DNA from: the human T2T-CHM13v2.0 reference genome, Homo sapiens
Direction: 5' to 3' (one strand)
DNA: 64,000 nt
NCBI RefSeq assembly: GCF_009914755.1
Contig: NC_060948.1
The translations under genes and the position numbers were made by a program. This document shows positions 42,345 to 54,239 of the stretch, one piece after another; position 1 is the first letter of the stretch, and each line of letters begins with the position of its first letter. The notes beneath the pieces are model-generated. The model saw only the letters and a list, made by a program, of their open reading frames with translations. It did not search any database and had not been told where the DNA came from.

Positions 42345-42580
42345 TAAGACAGACAGAACAGCCTTGCCAACAGGGTGAAGCCCCATCTCTACTATAAATA
42401 TGAAAATTAGCCAGGTATGGTGGCAGATGCCTGTAATACTAGCTACTGGAGAGGCTGAGACAGGTGAATCGCTTGAATCTGGGAGGTGTAGGTTGGATCT
42501 GGGAGGTGTAGGTTGCAGGGAGGCGAGATTCTGCCATTGCAATATAGCCTAGGTGAAGAGAGTGAAACTCTGTCACACAA
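42345..42580 (+). mobile_element. Partial Alu with an internal 20-bp duplication
   Basis: AAAATTAGCCAGGTATGGTGGCAGATGCCTGTAAT; ATCTGGGAGGTGTAGGTTG occurs twice. Confidence 0.8.
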
Positions 42581-43331
42581 AATGGACAGTGAGGATTAAA
42601 TTTATTAATATGTGTGCGGCTTTTTAATGTATTACCTTGTCTTTAAGCACTATAAGTATTAGCTGCTATTATTATTGCTTACTATATATCTTTAGTTTAT
42701 TCACACCAAATTCTGCTTAATCGCATACAAGAAAACATTAGAGAAGTAACACAGATAGTAGTGGCTATATGGAACCACATAGCCATCAGTGTCTGTGTCA
42801 GTAATGTTTTCTGGTGTGCAACAAATAAGAGACTTTTTACATACACACGTTCTTCAAACATAGATTTCTCTAAACATATATTAAAATGTTTGAAAACAAA
42901 AACAATACTACAGTAAAATGTAACAAATTTAAAAGCCATTAGATTATAACTGTCTACATAACATTTACATTTTACTAATGATTTATGCAAAGTTAAAGTA
43001 AACTACACAGGAGGATGTGGGTGCATTATATTTACATACTACACCATTGTAAATCAGAAGCTTGAGCAGACACAAATTATAGTATTTAAGAGGGTTCTGG
43101 AGCCAATCCCCTACAGATACCAAAGGATTGCTATATATAAATATTTTAAGCTTTGGTAAGAAAGTATTGCTTAAGTTAGTTATGGCATAATTACCCTAAT
43201 GATGTTAATGATTATTTACTTTTCTTTTTAAAATAAATTTAAAAGATTATAAACTTTAAAATTATCATTAAATTGTTTTAATGTTTGTTCAGGAAATGAG
43301 AACATTTGTACCTGTTCTCTGTTTATGGTAT

Positions 43332-44078
43332 GTTAACACAGTTAAGCACTTGCTATTTAAATAATTTTCTTTTGTTTCTGTGGCCAACACAAATGATTTG
43401 AGTACGACTAAAATAATGTGCAATTACATTCGGTGATTATTTTGAATTTCCTTGGGAGCTGGATATGGGACCTTACACAGCAGCATGCATTGCAAAGCTG
43501 GAACAGAATAATTTCAAGTCAGAAAATCAGTTGATTCAACAGAAAGAGTAACCTGAAAATAAAACTACAAAGATCACAAAATACAGACTTGCAGATGTGC
43601 CTGTACACAGTGGTCTAGCAAGCAGTGGGTATTATTATTCTTATATTATTCAAACAATGGTAGGATGATGACTGCGATTCCTGGTATAAATTTGATGATG
43701 AAGATTTAGCAGAATTTAAAATGGATGATGATCAAGAAATTTTAAAAATCAGTGTTTGGATGGAGAGTACATAAATATATTTGATCATACGCTGAAGTGC
43801 ATGTCACATAGACGGTAAAAGAGCTGGTAAATTGCTTATATAATTTTCAAACAATAAACAAATGGACATGATAGATGAAGATGATGAGATGATAAGATAT
43901 ATATTATGGCTAACTCTTGTGAGACCTCATCACATTATTATGTCACCAGCCTTTGAGAAAAGTGTATACTAACAAAATGTGACACTTACGCAAAAGTGAA
44001 AGCAATAAAGTTGAGAGCATTTGCAGTTTGTGAAAGAACTGCTTATATATATTGGTGTTTATTGAAGTCCTGTTCATG
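43332..44078 (+). pseudogene. USP9Y pseudogene, large His-box exon
   Basis: [63 protein letters not shown] and RPHHIIMSPAFEKSV match USP9X/Y. Stops, frameshifts and a GT>AT donor mutation. Confidence 0.92.
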
Positions 44079-44489
44079 ATAAGCTTTTTGATTACCTTCT
44101 TAGTAATAAAAATAATGTATGCTTGGCTTGTATGATTCTTTACAAGGCATCAACATGTGTTTAATACTTTTCTTCAGTCTTCTTTTAGCTTTTTTCATGG
44201 CATCATTAGCCTTAATTTATGTGAATGTGTAGCCTTTCTATTTTAGTTATTTCAAAGTAAGAAAAAATTAAGATGTCTGTACCTTAAAATAGTGGACTTT
44301 ATGTATGGAAATATGAAGCACTTTTATTTATTACACAAATTATTATTTTTTACTGAAGCATGAGCTTGAAATGCGGGTTAGTGAAGCGGCAGGATAATCA
44401 CTGAAAATTGGTCTTACCTAGCAAAAATTTTATTAAGAAAGAGCTTGAAAATACAAATGTTTTTGACTGTATATATACTTTTTATTTAG

Positions 44490-44614
44490 AGCAGAATTAT
44501 TTTTCTGCCTGCATCAAATTAAATGACTATCATTAGCATACAGTTTGCACCTATATTCCTCATTACCACTGGATTTTACATTAAAAAAATAGCTTGTGGT
44601 CCTGCCAGTGACTG
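44490..44614 (+). pseudogene. USP9Y pseudogene, next exon
   Basis: MTIISIQFAPIFLITTGFYIKKIACGPASDW matches USP9 [31 protein letters not shown]; AG acceptor and GT donor are retained. Confidence 0.88.
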
Positions 44615-47106
44615 GTATTTGGCTTTGGATTTTATTCACAGGGAACTTATAATTGGTTTGGTTGTCTATTATCCTGCTTTACATTTTCCTAACCATAAAA
44701 ATATTATTTCAGATTTTAAATATGCATAAACTTTTTTTCAGTAATTGTGAGAGAATTCTTAGTACATTTAAAATTGTCTAATCTAAATGTGTGTTTATTA
44801 TGTAAAAATTGGCTTCTACTCCAATACATTTATATTACACCTTTTTCCACTTTATCATTAAGTATGAAGTTTTACCTTTACTAGATAAAATATTAAGTGA
44901 CAATTAAAAAGATACAACATATTTTAGATGACATTTTTTGCCTCACATTTGTAATTCCAATAATTTGGAAGGCCAAGGCAAAAAGAATGCTTGAGGCCAG
45001 GAATTTTGAACCTGGTTTGGCAAAATGTGAAACACTATCTCCACAAAAGCTTTTTAAGAAATAGGAAGATATCGTGGCTCACACTGGTGACCTTAGCAAT
45101 TTGTAAGTCCAAGGTGGGTGGATCACTTCAAGCCTATAATTTCGGGCCAGCCTGAACAACATAGCAAGATTCTGTCTCTAAAAAAATTAAAATAATTCAT
45201 TAAATTGAATAATTATCTGAGCCTACTAGGCGTTTCCTGCAGAACCAGCTAATTGGGAGGCTGAAGCGGCAAGAACATGGGTATCACAGGCTGTCACTAA
45301 GAAGATCAGACAGACATCTTATTCTTTTTTATAGCTAAGTGGATACAGCCTACTGAACATTTATGTTTTTCATATAAAATTTCTTATTTTCTTGCTTTTT
45401 TATGACTAAAAGTAGGCTTCCAGTTTGGAGTCAGGGGACACCTTTAGCTGAGCCATCTCCCCCTGAACACACCAAGGCATTCTTCCTCCCTAAACTGTCA
45501 CCTATCTTAGCTCCCCAAAATGCTCAGCCACAATTTGTCTTAGATTATCCTACATTTAATGTGATTTTGTCTTCTGATTCTCCTATTAACTCCCTCTTTC
45601 CTCCACACCCATGTCCTATCTTTTGCTGCTCTCAGTAATCATTCATCCTCTCGCATCACAAAAGAAGTCTGTACTCCCTTCAGCTAGAGCAACATGAAAA
45701 TTCCTGAGAAGAACAAAAAAAAAAAAAATTTTAATTTTGCACTTTTTTAATTTTAAAAAACTGTCAAAATTGAGAAACCACATGCATCTGGTAGGGGCAC
45801 CTGTTTCATCTTCACAGAGTTTACTGATTTGAACATTTTTGTTACATAATGTTAATACAGAAAATTCTGAATTAAACAGGCACACACACAAAAAAACAAA
45901 ACCTAAACTATATTAAACCAAGGCAATTTTCTAACAATGACTCCTCTTTCCAGTATGAGAGAACTGCCTCCTACAGTATGAGAAATATCAATACTATATT
46001 TCTTTCTTCCACACATATTCAACACTTACCAATGCTAAGGAGTTCGAATTTTAATATACCAACTGTCAACCATGAACATATAAAAATTCTGACTGTAAAT
46101 GATCCATGGTTATTTTACTCAATACTAAAATTATTTCACAAATTCAAGTCCTGTTTTATAATGATACCATTATTTGCATGGCACAAAGATTATTCCTTAC
46201 AAAATCTATTCTTTAATAGAGATTTGGTTCTTGGAGCCAAATTAAAAAAAAAATATGCTGCTTAGACACACATACATATTTACTTTTCTTAAAACATTTT
46301 CTCAATATTTTTATTTTTATTATTTTTTTAATCTCCCACTCTTTGGGATCCCCTTACAAGTAAGTCACCCGCTTTTAAAATCTCTTTCATCTTTAACATT
46401 TGTCAGATATTTAGAGACATACCAAATTAAATCATTATATATTCTTCTGATATGACTGAAACATGTTTTGAAGAGATATGCATAAATATAACGTTTCATT
46501 CTGAAATATAATCAGTTAGTTTTATTCATCTTTGTCTTCACCTTAACTTTTGAAGGTAAGTTTCAAATAACATAAAATTACATTTGAGTGTATAATTGAA
46601 TGGAATTAAATATGTTTATAATGTCATACGATCATCATCTATCAATAGTTCCTAAATATTTCTATTGCCCAACCAGAAACTCCATATCTATTATACAGTT
46701 CTTTTTATTGTCCAGCCCCTGACAACCCGTAACCTACCTTTTATCTCTATGGCCATGTCTTTTTACCACACAGGTTTAGCATTGCATCAGTTTTCAATCC
46801 AACATGCCAAACTAGTTTTAAAATCATTCATATTTCTTTTTCTTTCCTTTATTTTATTTTATTTTTTTGCATTTTGCAATTACTAGGCCTTGTGCTCCTC
46901 ACACCAATCTAGTTATAATGAGTGTGTCAGGAAGAACATTGGATTTATTTCAGGGATTGAGGACATTATTTCCTTATTTATTTAAATAATGATGCAGGCA
47001 AGAGATTTTTGCAGCTTACATTGTGTAAGTGAGCAGTCTATATTTTATTTTCACTGGATACATTTCTCAGATTGGGAAGGAAACCCTTTGGGCTAGAATT
47101 TTGTTG

Positions 47107-47140
47107 GTTGCTAGGAGACCAAAGTCCCCTTGTGATGTCA
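47107..47140 (+). promoter_or_regulatory. Candidate RFX X-box (GTTGCTAGGAGAC) plus CRE-like site (TGATGTCA) upstream of HSFY
   Basis: Motif resemblance only, ~135-170 bp upstream of the HSFY ATG. Confidence 0.45.
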
Positions 47141-47274
47141 TTGTTACTCAGTTTGGGAACCATTGTGATGGTCTAGATAAGTGTACATGCTTAGGCCTTC
47201 TGAAGCAGCATTTGAAGCTGCAGTCCTGAAAACCATGCAGGCCGGAAGAGTAGATAAAGAAATATTTATTTGAG

Positions 47275-47787
47275 ATGGCACATGTTTCTTCAGAAACTCA
47301 AGATGTTTCCCCCAAAGATGAATTAACTGCTTCAGAAGCCTCCACTAGGTCTCCATTGTGTGAACACACCTTCCCTGGGGACTCAGACTTACGGTCAATG
47401 ATTGAAGAACATGCTTTTCAGGTTTTGTCACAAGGATCCTTGTTAGAAAGTCCAAGTTACACAGTTTGTGTCTCTGAGCCAGATAAAGATGATGATTTTC
47501 TTTCTCTGAACTTTCCCAGGAAACTTTGGAAAATAGTGGAAAGTGACCAATTCAAGTCTATTTCATGGGATGAGAATGGAACTTGCATAGTGATTAATGA
47601 AGAACTCTTCAAGAAAGAAATTTTGGAAACAAAGGCTCCTTACAGAATATTTCAAACTGATGCTATCAAAAGTTTTGTTCGACAGCTCAACCTTTATGGA
47701 TTTAGTAAAATTCAACAGAATTTTCAAAGATCTGCCTTTCTAGCCACCTTTCTGTCAGAAGAGAAAGAATCGTCTGTCTTAAGCAAG
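47275..47787 (+). CDS. HSFY1: Heat shock transcription factor Y-linked (HSFY1/HSFY2), exon 1
   Basis: MAHVSSETQDVSPKDE...FPRKLWKIVESDQFKSISWDENGTCIVI...SFVRQLNLYGFSK is an HSF DNA-binding domain. 171 codons end at an AAG|GTATTT donor. HSFY1 and HSFY2 are indistinguishable here. Confidence 0.97.
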
Positions 47788-48265
47788 GTATTTGACATAT
47801 TTGAGTTACCACTTTATGTAAAGTATATATGTAATTTTACTTTGTACATCAGTAAATATGTTAATACATGCAGTAAGACCAGCTTTTGAAAATTATATAA
47901 AATATTAAGGTAGAAATTTTGTTTTGAAATTATTGTGTTCAGCTTGAGCGTTAACCTTTTAGTGTTTTAAGAAATTTTGCTAACAACTTTGAATCTTACC
48001 AGTGAATTCCAAATAAATGTACCAAAGCCACTTAATGAAATATTACTATTAATATATAACATGTTTTCACTTGAGGGCTTAACAACTTGAGTGGTTTTTC
48101 ACAATAAGCACATTCTTAAAAATAGTAAACGATGTTTATGAGTTATTTGATGACATTAAATTTGTGTGATGAAAGAGAAATCTGATATTTGATGTGTTAT
48201 GTTTGTTATTTTCACTTGTCTCTTGGCTTAAAATGGCACTGAATTATGTTTTTCTTTGGTTTTAG

Positions 48266-48958
48266 TTAAAGTTCTATTATAATCCAAATTTCAAGCGTGG
48301 CTATCCCCAACTTTTAGTAAGAGTGAAGAGAAGAATTGGTGTTAAAAATGCTTCACCTATATCTACTTTATTCAACGAAGATTTCAACAAGAAGCATTTT
48401 AGAGCAGGGGCTAACATGGAGAATCATAATTCTGCCTTAGCTGCTGAAGCTAGTGAAGAAAGTTTATTTTCAGCCTCTAAAAATTTAAATATGCCTCTAA
48501 CAAGGGAATCTTCTGTCAGACAGATAATTGCAAATTCATCTGTCCCCATTAGAAGTGGTTTCCCTCCTCCTTCACCTTCAACCTCAGTTGGACCATCAGA
48601 ACAAATTGCAACAGATCAACATGCTATTTTAAATCAGTTGACCACTATTCATATGCACTCTCATAGTACCTACATGCAAGCAAGGGGCCACATTGTGAAT
48701 TTTATTACAACCACAACTTCTCAATACCACATCATATCTCCCTTACAAAATGGTTATTTTGGGCTGACAGTGGAACCATCTGCTGTTCCCACACGATATC
48801 CTCTGGTATCAGTCAATGAGGCTCCATATCGTAACATGCTACCAGCAGGCAACCCGTGGTTGCAAATGCCTACGATCGCTGATAGATCAGCTGCCCCTCA
48901 TTCCAGGCTAGCTCTTCAACCATCACCACTGGACAAATATCACCCTAATTACAACTGA
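48266..48958 (+). CDS. HSFY1: HSFY exon 2 (spliced product 401 aa)
   Basis: Polypyrimidine tract and TTTTAG acceptor, then LKFYYNPNFKRGYPQLLVRVKRR (end of the HSF domain) through DKYHPNYN*. Phase-0 join; 171 + 230 = 401 aa. Confidence 0.97.
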   Translation, partial: LKFYYNPNFKRGYPQLLVRVKRRIGVKNASPISTLFNEDFNKKHFRAGANMENHNSALAAEASEESLFSASKNLNMPLTRESSVRQIIANSSVPIRSGFPPPSPSTSVGPSEQIATDQHAILNQLTTIHMHSHSTYMQARGHIVNFITTTTSQYHIISPLQNGYFGLTVEPSAVPTRYPLVSVNEAPYRNMLPAGNPWLQMPTIADRSAAPHSRLALQPSPLDKYHPNYN

Positions 48959-49055
48959 TCTGCCATTAAAAGAGGACCAGATTATGAATGACAACAGAGA
49001 CTAACATTTACATTGACAAAAAACCCTAAAAATTTCTGCAATTATCTTATTGAAC

Positions 49056-49061
49056 AATAAA
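49056..49061 (+). terminator. Polyadenylation signal for HSFY
   Basis: AATAAA ~100 bp after the stop, followed by a T/GT-rich downstream element. Confidence 0.7.
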
Positions 49062-49267
49062 ATTGCATGTTTACTTCTATGTTTGCTTTTCCTTTATTTC
49101 TAAAAGTATGGTTAAGAAAAAAATGACATTTTGTTTCAGTGGGAGGCTATTGTACTACTTTTTAGCAAAAATATATATGGGCTTTTTGATCCTTTGAAAG
49201 CAAATTTGACATGTGCCTTTGTAAGTTAAATAATTTATCTCTCTAAAGAGGAAGAAATAATAAAGTT

Positions 49268-49651
49268 TTGTGGTCCATTTTCTGCTGAAACAACACAATA
49301 CCACTGCCTGGGTAATTTGTAAAGCAAACTTATTTTGCTCACTTTCCTGGAGGTGGGGAAGTCCAAGGGGTTGCATCTGGTGAGATCCTCTTTCTACGTT
49401 ACAACATGGCAGGTCGGCCTCCTACGGTGAAGGGCATGAGATGAACAGAAAATCGGGGCCAAACTCATCCTTTGATCCAAAGGCCACTCACACAATAACT
49501 AACTTGTTCTCCATATAATACCATCAAGTCAGTCATGAGGTTGCACCCACATGGCTAATCAACTCTTAAAAGTCCTACCTCCCAACACTATCACAATGGA
49601 CACAGAATTTCAATGTGAAATTTGGAGGTGACATACCAAACAATGACAGCA
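49268..49651 (-). mobile_element. MaLR LTR (MST/MLT1A-like)
   Basis: AATACCACTGCCTGGGTAATTTGTAA...GGAAGTCCAAG...CATCTGGTGAG...TTTCAATGTGAAATTTGGAGG. Confidence 0.75.
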
Positions 49652-50147
49652 GGCAAGGGAGAAGAAGCAACCGGAGTTAGGAAAAAATAATAAGTGACTT
49701 CTCAAGTAGTCTGGCATAAATCAAATGAGGGTATAAATTTGAGTGGCACAAAGGGAATAAATGGACACATACACACAGACAAACACACACACACAGACAA
49801 AATTTAGAGAAGAGTTAACACATACTATACACTTCAGTATTTTCTCAATTACATTTCCCCAGTTATTTTAAACTTGGATTTTAGTTGGCAAAGATTGTCT
49901 TCATTGCAATTCATCCCTAGTGAACTCAGTGACCACGATCACAACTGTTTGTGTCATCACTTGAATAATAAAGTTTACATCATATTATGCTCATGGATTG
50001 CATCACTGTCAGAACATTGTGGAATTTTACAGCTGGCATTAACAGTACACCTTTTTGATCCTACATCAAAGCATTCCAACCTGTTTGTGCCTTTAATTAC
50101 CTCCTGTTAGAGTCCACTTTTCATGTTTTCTAATGCACATTTCCTTC

Positions 50148-50445
50148 TGTTTTTTTTTTTTTTTTTCTCTGAGACAGTCTCTCTGTGTTACCCCCGCTGG
50201 AGAGCAGTGGCATTATTTGAGCTCACTGATACCTCAACCTCTAGGTTCAAGCAATTCTTGTACCTCCATCTTTTGAGTAAGTAAAATTATATTTGCCCAA
50301 GATGCTGGGCTAGTTTTTGTACTTTTAGTACAAATGGGGTTTCACCATGTTGGCCAGGATGGTCTTGAACTCCTGGCCTCAGGTAATCCACCCACCATGG
50401 TCCCCAAAAGCACTGGGATTACAAGCTTGAGCCACCAAAGACCAC
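50148..50445 (-). mobile_element. Alu
   Basis: GGGGTTTCACCATGTTGGCCAGGATGGTCTTGAACTCCTG. Confidence 0.85.
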
Positions 50446-50874
50446 CTCTAATGCAGATTTTCAACACGTTGGTTCCATGCTCCATACAAAGTCAGATTTA
50501 ATTGTTTTTGTCAGGATTTATTAACTTTTAGATTCTGAGTCCAGATCATGAGCATGGCTGAACAAATCCATTCCAGACCTGATATTTGTTTTCCTTTCAG
50601 CTTCATGTCTTTGTGTTTCACCACAGTCTATTTGGAGCAACATTCGGAGAACATCACTTTCAGCCATGCCCTTTACCATCTGGTAACAAGGCTCCCATTT
50701 CTACTTGGAGGTAAAAGGCTCTCTCCCTGTTTGCCTACTTAAGACTCATACAACACAGATATCACTCCTTCTAGGAGGTGCTTCTCATCTATCATATTAG
50801 TTTTCTTGTCTGTCTGTGTGCCTTGGACAACCAGCACTGATGTAATACAGTATCTGACACATATATGTATGTGA

Positions 50875-50883
50875 GTGTGTGTG

Positions 50884-50922
<39 letters not shown>
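50875..50922. repeat. (TG)n(TA)n(CA)n microsatellite
   Basis: Direct inspection. Confidence 0.88.
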
Positions 50923-50927
<5 letters not shown>

Positions 50928-51723
50928 TGTGAATTAGTTGATGTTGACTGCGGACTTACAATCATAAACTCTATTTTCGTTGTCAAAAACACATATTCTT
51001 GGTATTGAGGCATTATTTGTTATTCTTCGTTCCTCACCACAACTTATCATAAAAGCGTACCTCACAGTATCCTTCACTAGAGATGCAATATTTTGGACTT
51101 ACTGAGGCTAGCGTCCCTGCTTATCCCTTTGACTATCATGCTTTCTTTTTACATCTAGTTATGATTTTCCCCTGCTTCTTCTAAAAATTCTTTTTCATCT
51201 TCTGCTTTGAGTAGCAGGTCCTTGTCTGAAAGAACTAGCTGTATCCTTACCACTCCTTCCTTTATTTGCAGTGGAGATTCCTGGTTGCTGTGATGAAATG
51301 GGATACACTGGGGATCCAGCTGCACAACTTTTCGGAAGCAGCATTCACTGTGGATTTGGTATATTATGCAGCTTTTGGTGTCACAGGCTAAGGTCTGACA
51401 AGATTCACCATGCAGTTTTCTGGGATAGCAGAAAATGAACATGGATTTGGACAGCCAGATTCCTCAGGATGGAAACCTAGTGGTGCCATCTAACCATATA
51501 CGTATATTTCCAAGTTGTGCATAAGTAGAAAAAGTTTAGAATCCATCATCTAAAAAGGGAATCCTGATTTCCTTTCCTGGCAGACCATGACAGAAAGACA
51601 AAGGTCATTTCACCTATATCCACATGCTATTAACTTTTTAGTTCTCAAACTGGGTTTTCAGAAGGTAGTGTGATAGACATGGTTAAATGGTTAACAGGAA
51701 GAATGTTTAAAAAAAAAATTCCG

Positions 51724-51880
51724 GCTGGGGTGGTGGCTCAGGCCTGTAATCACAGCATTTTGGGAGGCCAAGCTGAGTCAGGAGAATCGCTTGAACCCAG
51801 GAGGCGGAGGTTGCAGTAAGCTGAGATCCTGCTTTTGCGCTCCAGCCTGGGTGACAGAGTAAGACTTCATCTTAAAGAAA
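51724..51880 (+). mobile_element. Alu monomer (left/right arm recombinant)
   Basis: Left-arm start is fused to CAGGAGAATCGCTTGAACCCAGGAGGCGGAGGTTGCAG. Confidence 0.8.
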
Positions 51881-53255
51881 TCCACAACAATAAAAAGGCT
51901 AATGCCAGACACAATAAAAAATGAAAAGAATAACTTGGGTGAACAGCAAGGCAAGAAAGAAAAAAGGAAATGACAGTTTAGAAAGTGAGGATAAAGTAAT
52001 GAAAGATGGAATGAGACAGGTTAACATGTGGAATACATTATTGTAAGTTTAAGGCCCGAATAAGACGAGTGTCAAACAACAAAAGCAACAGTAAAATAAG
52101 CACAGAGAGGAGGAGAGAGAGTGTGAAGGAGGAAAAAGAGTAAGCAAATGCAAAACATAAAGTGATCAGCATGATTAGAAAATCTGTCCATTCCCACCCT
52201 CGGAAAATTCTTTGTATTTTGAGGAACATCCTTACAAGATTTTAATGTAACCAATCACAGAGCAGTCTAACCCAGAAAATATCCTAGCTTCTTCTAGGAT
52301 TCATACAAAGACATTGTACCTTCTTAAGTATTCTCTCTCTATCTAGGTTAAACTAGCTTAAACTGTTTCAATAACAAAAATTACTTTGAATTTTCTGCCC
52401 AAAAGGAACATCACGGACGTTCTTCATCTTGAGTCATCACTTGAGTAATAAAGTAGATGGAGAAGATGTACTTTCTCCCTCACATAAATGCAATTAATAT
52501 CCGTGCGTGATATATATAAAGCAAACATAAGACTGAAGGATGGAGCAAGAAGATAAACTGGTGAGGAAATTTAAGATGCAACAAGTGATAAGATGGTTGA
52601 GTTCCCTGAATTCTTTTTGCCTGGTGTTATCACAGACTTGATCCTGAAGGAGCTGGTACCGACAAATATAAGTAGGTATAGACAGAATTGTCCCCCAAAA
52701 GCTCCAGCCTCTATAGACACAGGTCTAGGAAAGGGACACCTTATTAAGACAAAAATCTTTGTACAATAGCCATCCTACTTTCGTCAAACATTACAACACA
52801 AAACAAAACGACCCAAAAAAGCTAGCCAGGACAACAAAGTTTAAGTTGGAACATAGAGAGCACCAGGCATTAATGAAGCAACCCAACCCTCTGCCGGAGT
52901 GGAATCAGGGAAGGTAAAGTAGAGAGCTAGAGTTTTCAACCCTGCCGTGTGGTAACAAGATACCCTTCCACTTCTAGCCAGGAAGGTACAAGTAACACCT
53001 AGGTTGAAGCTGGAATCTGCATATTTATTTATCAGTAATGAGGAGCACTGCCTTGGGTGTCAAAGGAAGTGAAGACGGGAAGTTGGAATTGTGGCCCTAC
53101 TTGACAAGTATACACTTCCCTCTGTTAGGGTGGTATCAGACAAAGCCAGCTACAGATGAACAAATAGGATGTCAAAATATGGTCCGGAGTCTCCTAACGG
53201 TCCCCCAAATGTTTAACTTTCAAGTAAAAATCTGAGACAGAAATTCTAGTGCTAC

Positions 53256-54235
53256 TGTTATGGGATCACTGTGGTGTCAATTTTACTTGCCAGAAACCTC
53301 TGTGACCACGATGCCTTTCCTTGAGTTCTTGTCCTGTGTGCAGGGAGAATGAGATAGAGAGTCAAGTGAAGGGTAAAGAAGAAGAAGAGTTCTATTTAGT
53401 GTTAAAACAGTTCAAAGTATTGGTGTTCACTCAGGACGGTAGCAGAAATACTAAAGGGAAATATTAGGGAAAGATATAGGGAATAGTCACAAACCTTTTG
53501 GAAGGCTGAAAGGTTACATAGCTTGTAATAATTGAACAGGCTGAAGGCAGCCAGTTCTTACCTTAGAGCATTAGGTCATAGGATAAATACTAGGGACAAT
53601 AGAGGCTTCCCCATTTAAGCTTGTTAACCTTACCTCCATTAACTAACCTTTAAGGCAGATTGCCCTCTTGGAGGAAGGTTGACCAAGGATATTGCCCTTT
53701 AATGGAATTTACTTTAGACCACGGTACCTGAGCTTTAATCATTCATAGAACTACTCTCTCAACCATGTTAATTATGTACAAGTGTGCTGACTCAGAGTTT
53801 CTGTTGTTAATCACATACTAACTAAGTGACTGGAGTGCAAGCTTCTAAGGGCCGGTCACAGTAAAAAACATTTCTTGATGTGCAGGCGCTTGGACACCCA
53901 GCTGTACTGGCAAAGCAGAATATTTGTCAGTTTATGCTTTATTCATCCATCTTTTGGGTCAGGGTCTGCAGGCAGACCCCTACAGCTAGTGCCCTCTTGT
54001 GAGGAGCAATACCTCACAAAGGAGTGGGTAGCTCTTCTCTATAGGCAGGTCTTCCCATGGTGTGTTCACTCTATAGAGAGGGAGGCTCCTCTCTGCAGGC
54101 AAGTCATTTACATGACTCTGCAGGTCTCTGCAGCTCTCTGCTGCAGCTGCTGCTCCCAGCGGAGAGGGTACTGCTCTCCTCCCATGGTCTGCAGGGATCA
54201 GCAGGAAGGGTACCCCTTTCTGCAGCAGACTGGCT
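53256..54235 (-). mobile_element. ERV1-family LTR (MER52/MER61/LTR27-like), split by LTR22
   Basis: TGTTATGGGATC...GCCAGAAACCTCTGTGACC...GAGTTCTTGTCCTG, resuming at GAGTGGGTAGCTC with repeated GCTCCTCTCTGCAG motifs. Confidence 0.6.
53418..53984 (+). mobile_element. LTR22 (HERV-K HML-5 LTR)
   Basis: TATTGGTGTTCACTCAGGACGGT...GGGTCAGGGTCTGCAGGCAGACCCCTACA. Confidence 0.8.
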
Positions 54236-54239
54236 TTTT

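Noticed and set aside
47788-47889. C-terminal 33 aa of the 204-aa ORF (VFDIFELPLYV...)
   Set aside because: Read-through into the HSFY intron past the GT donor at 47788; not part of the spliced 401-aa protein.
48323-48958. 211-aa ORF as an independent gene
   Set aside because: It is HSFY exon 2; its 'start' is an internal GTG.
50548-50742. GPM6B coding exon suggested by TVYLEQH..HAL
   Set aside because: The similarity is too short and does not extend on either side.
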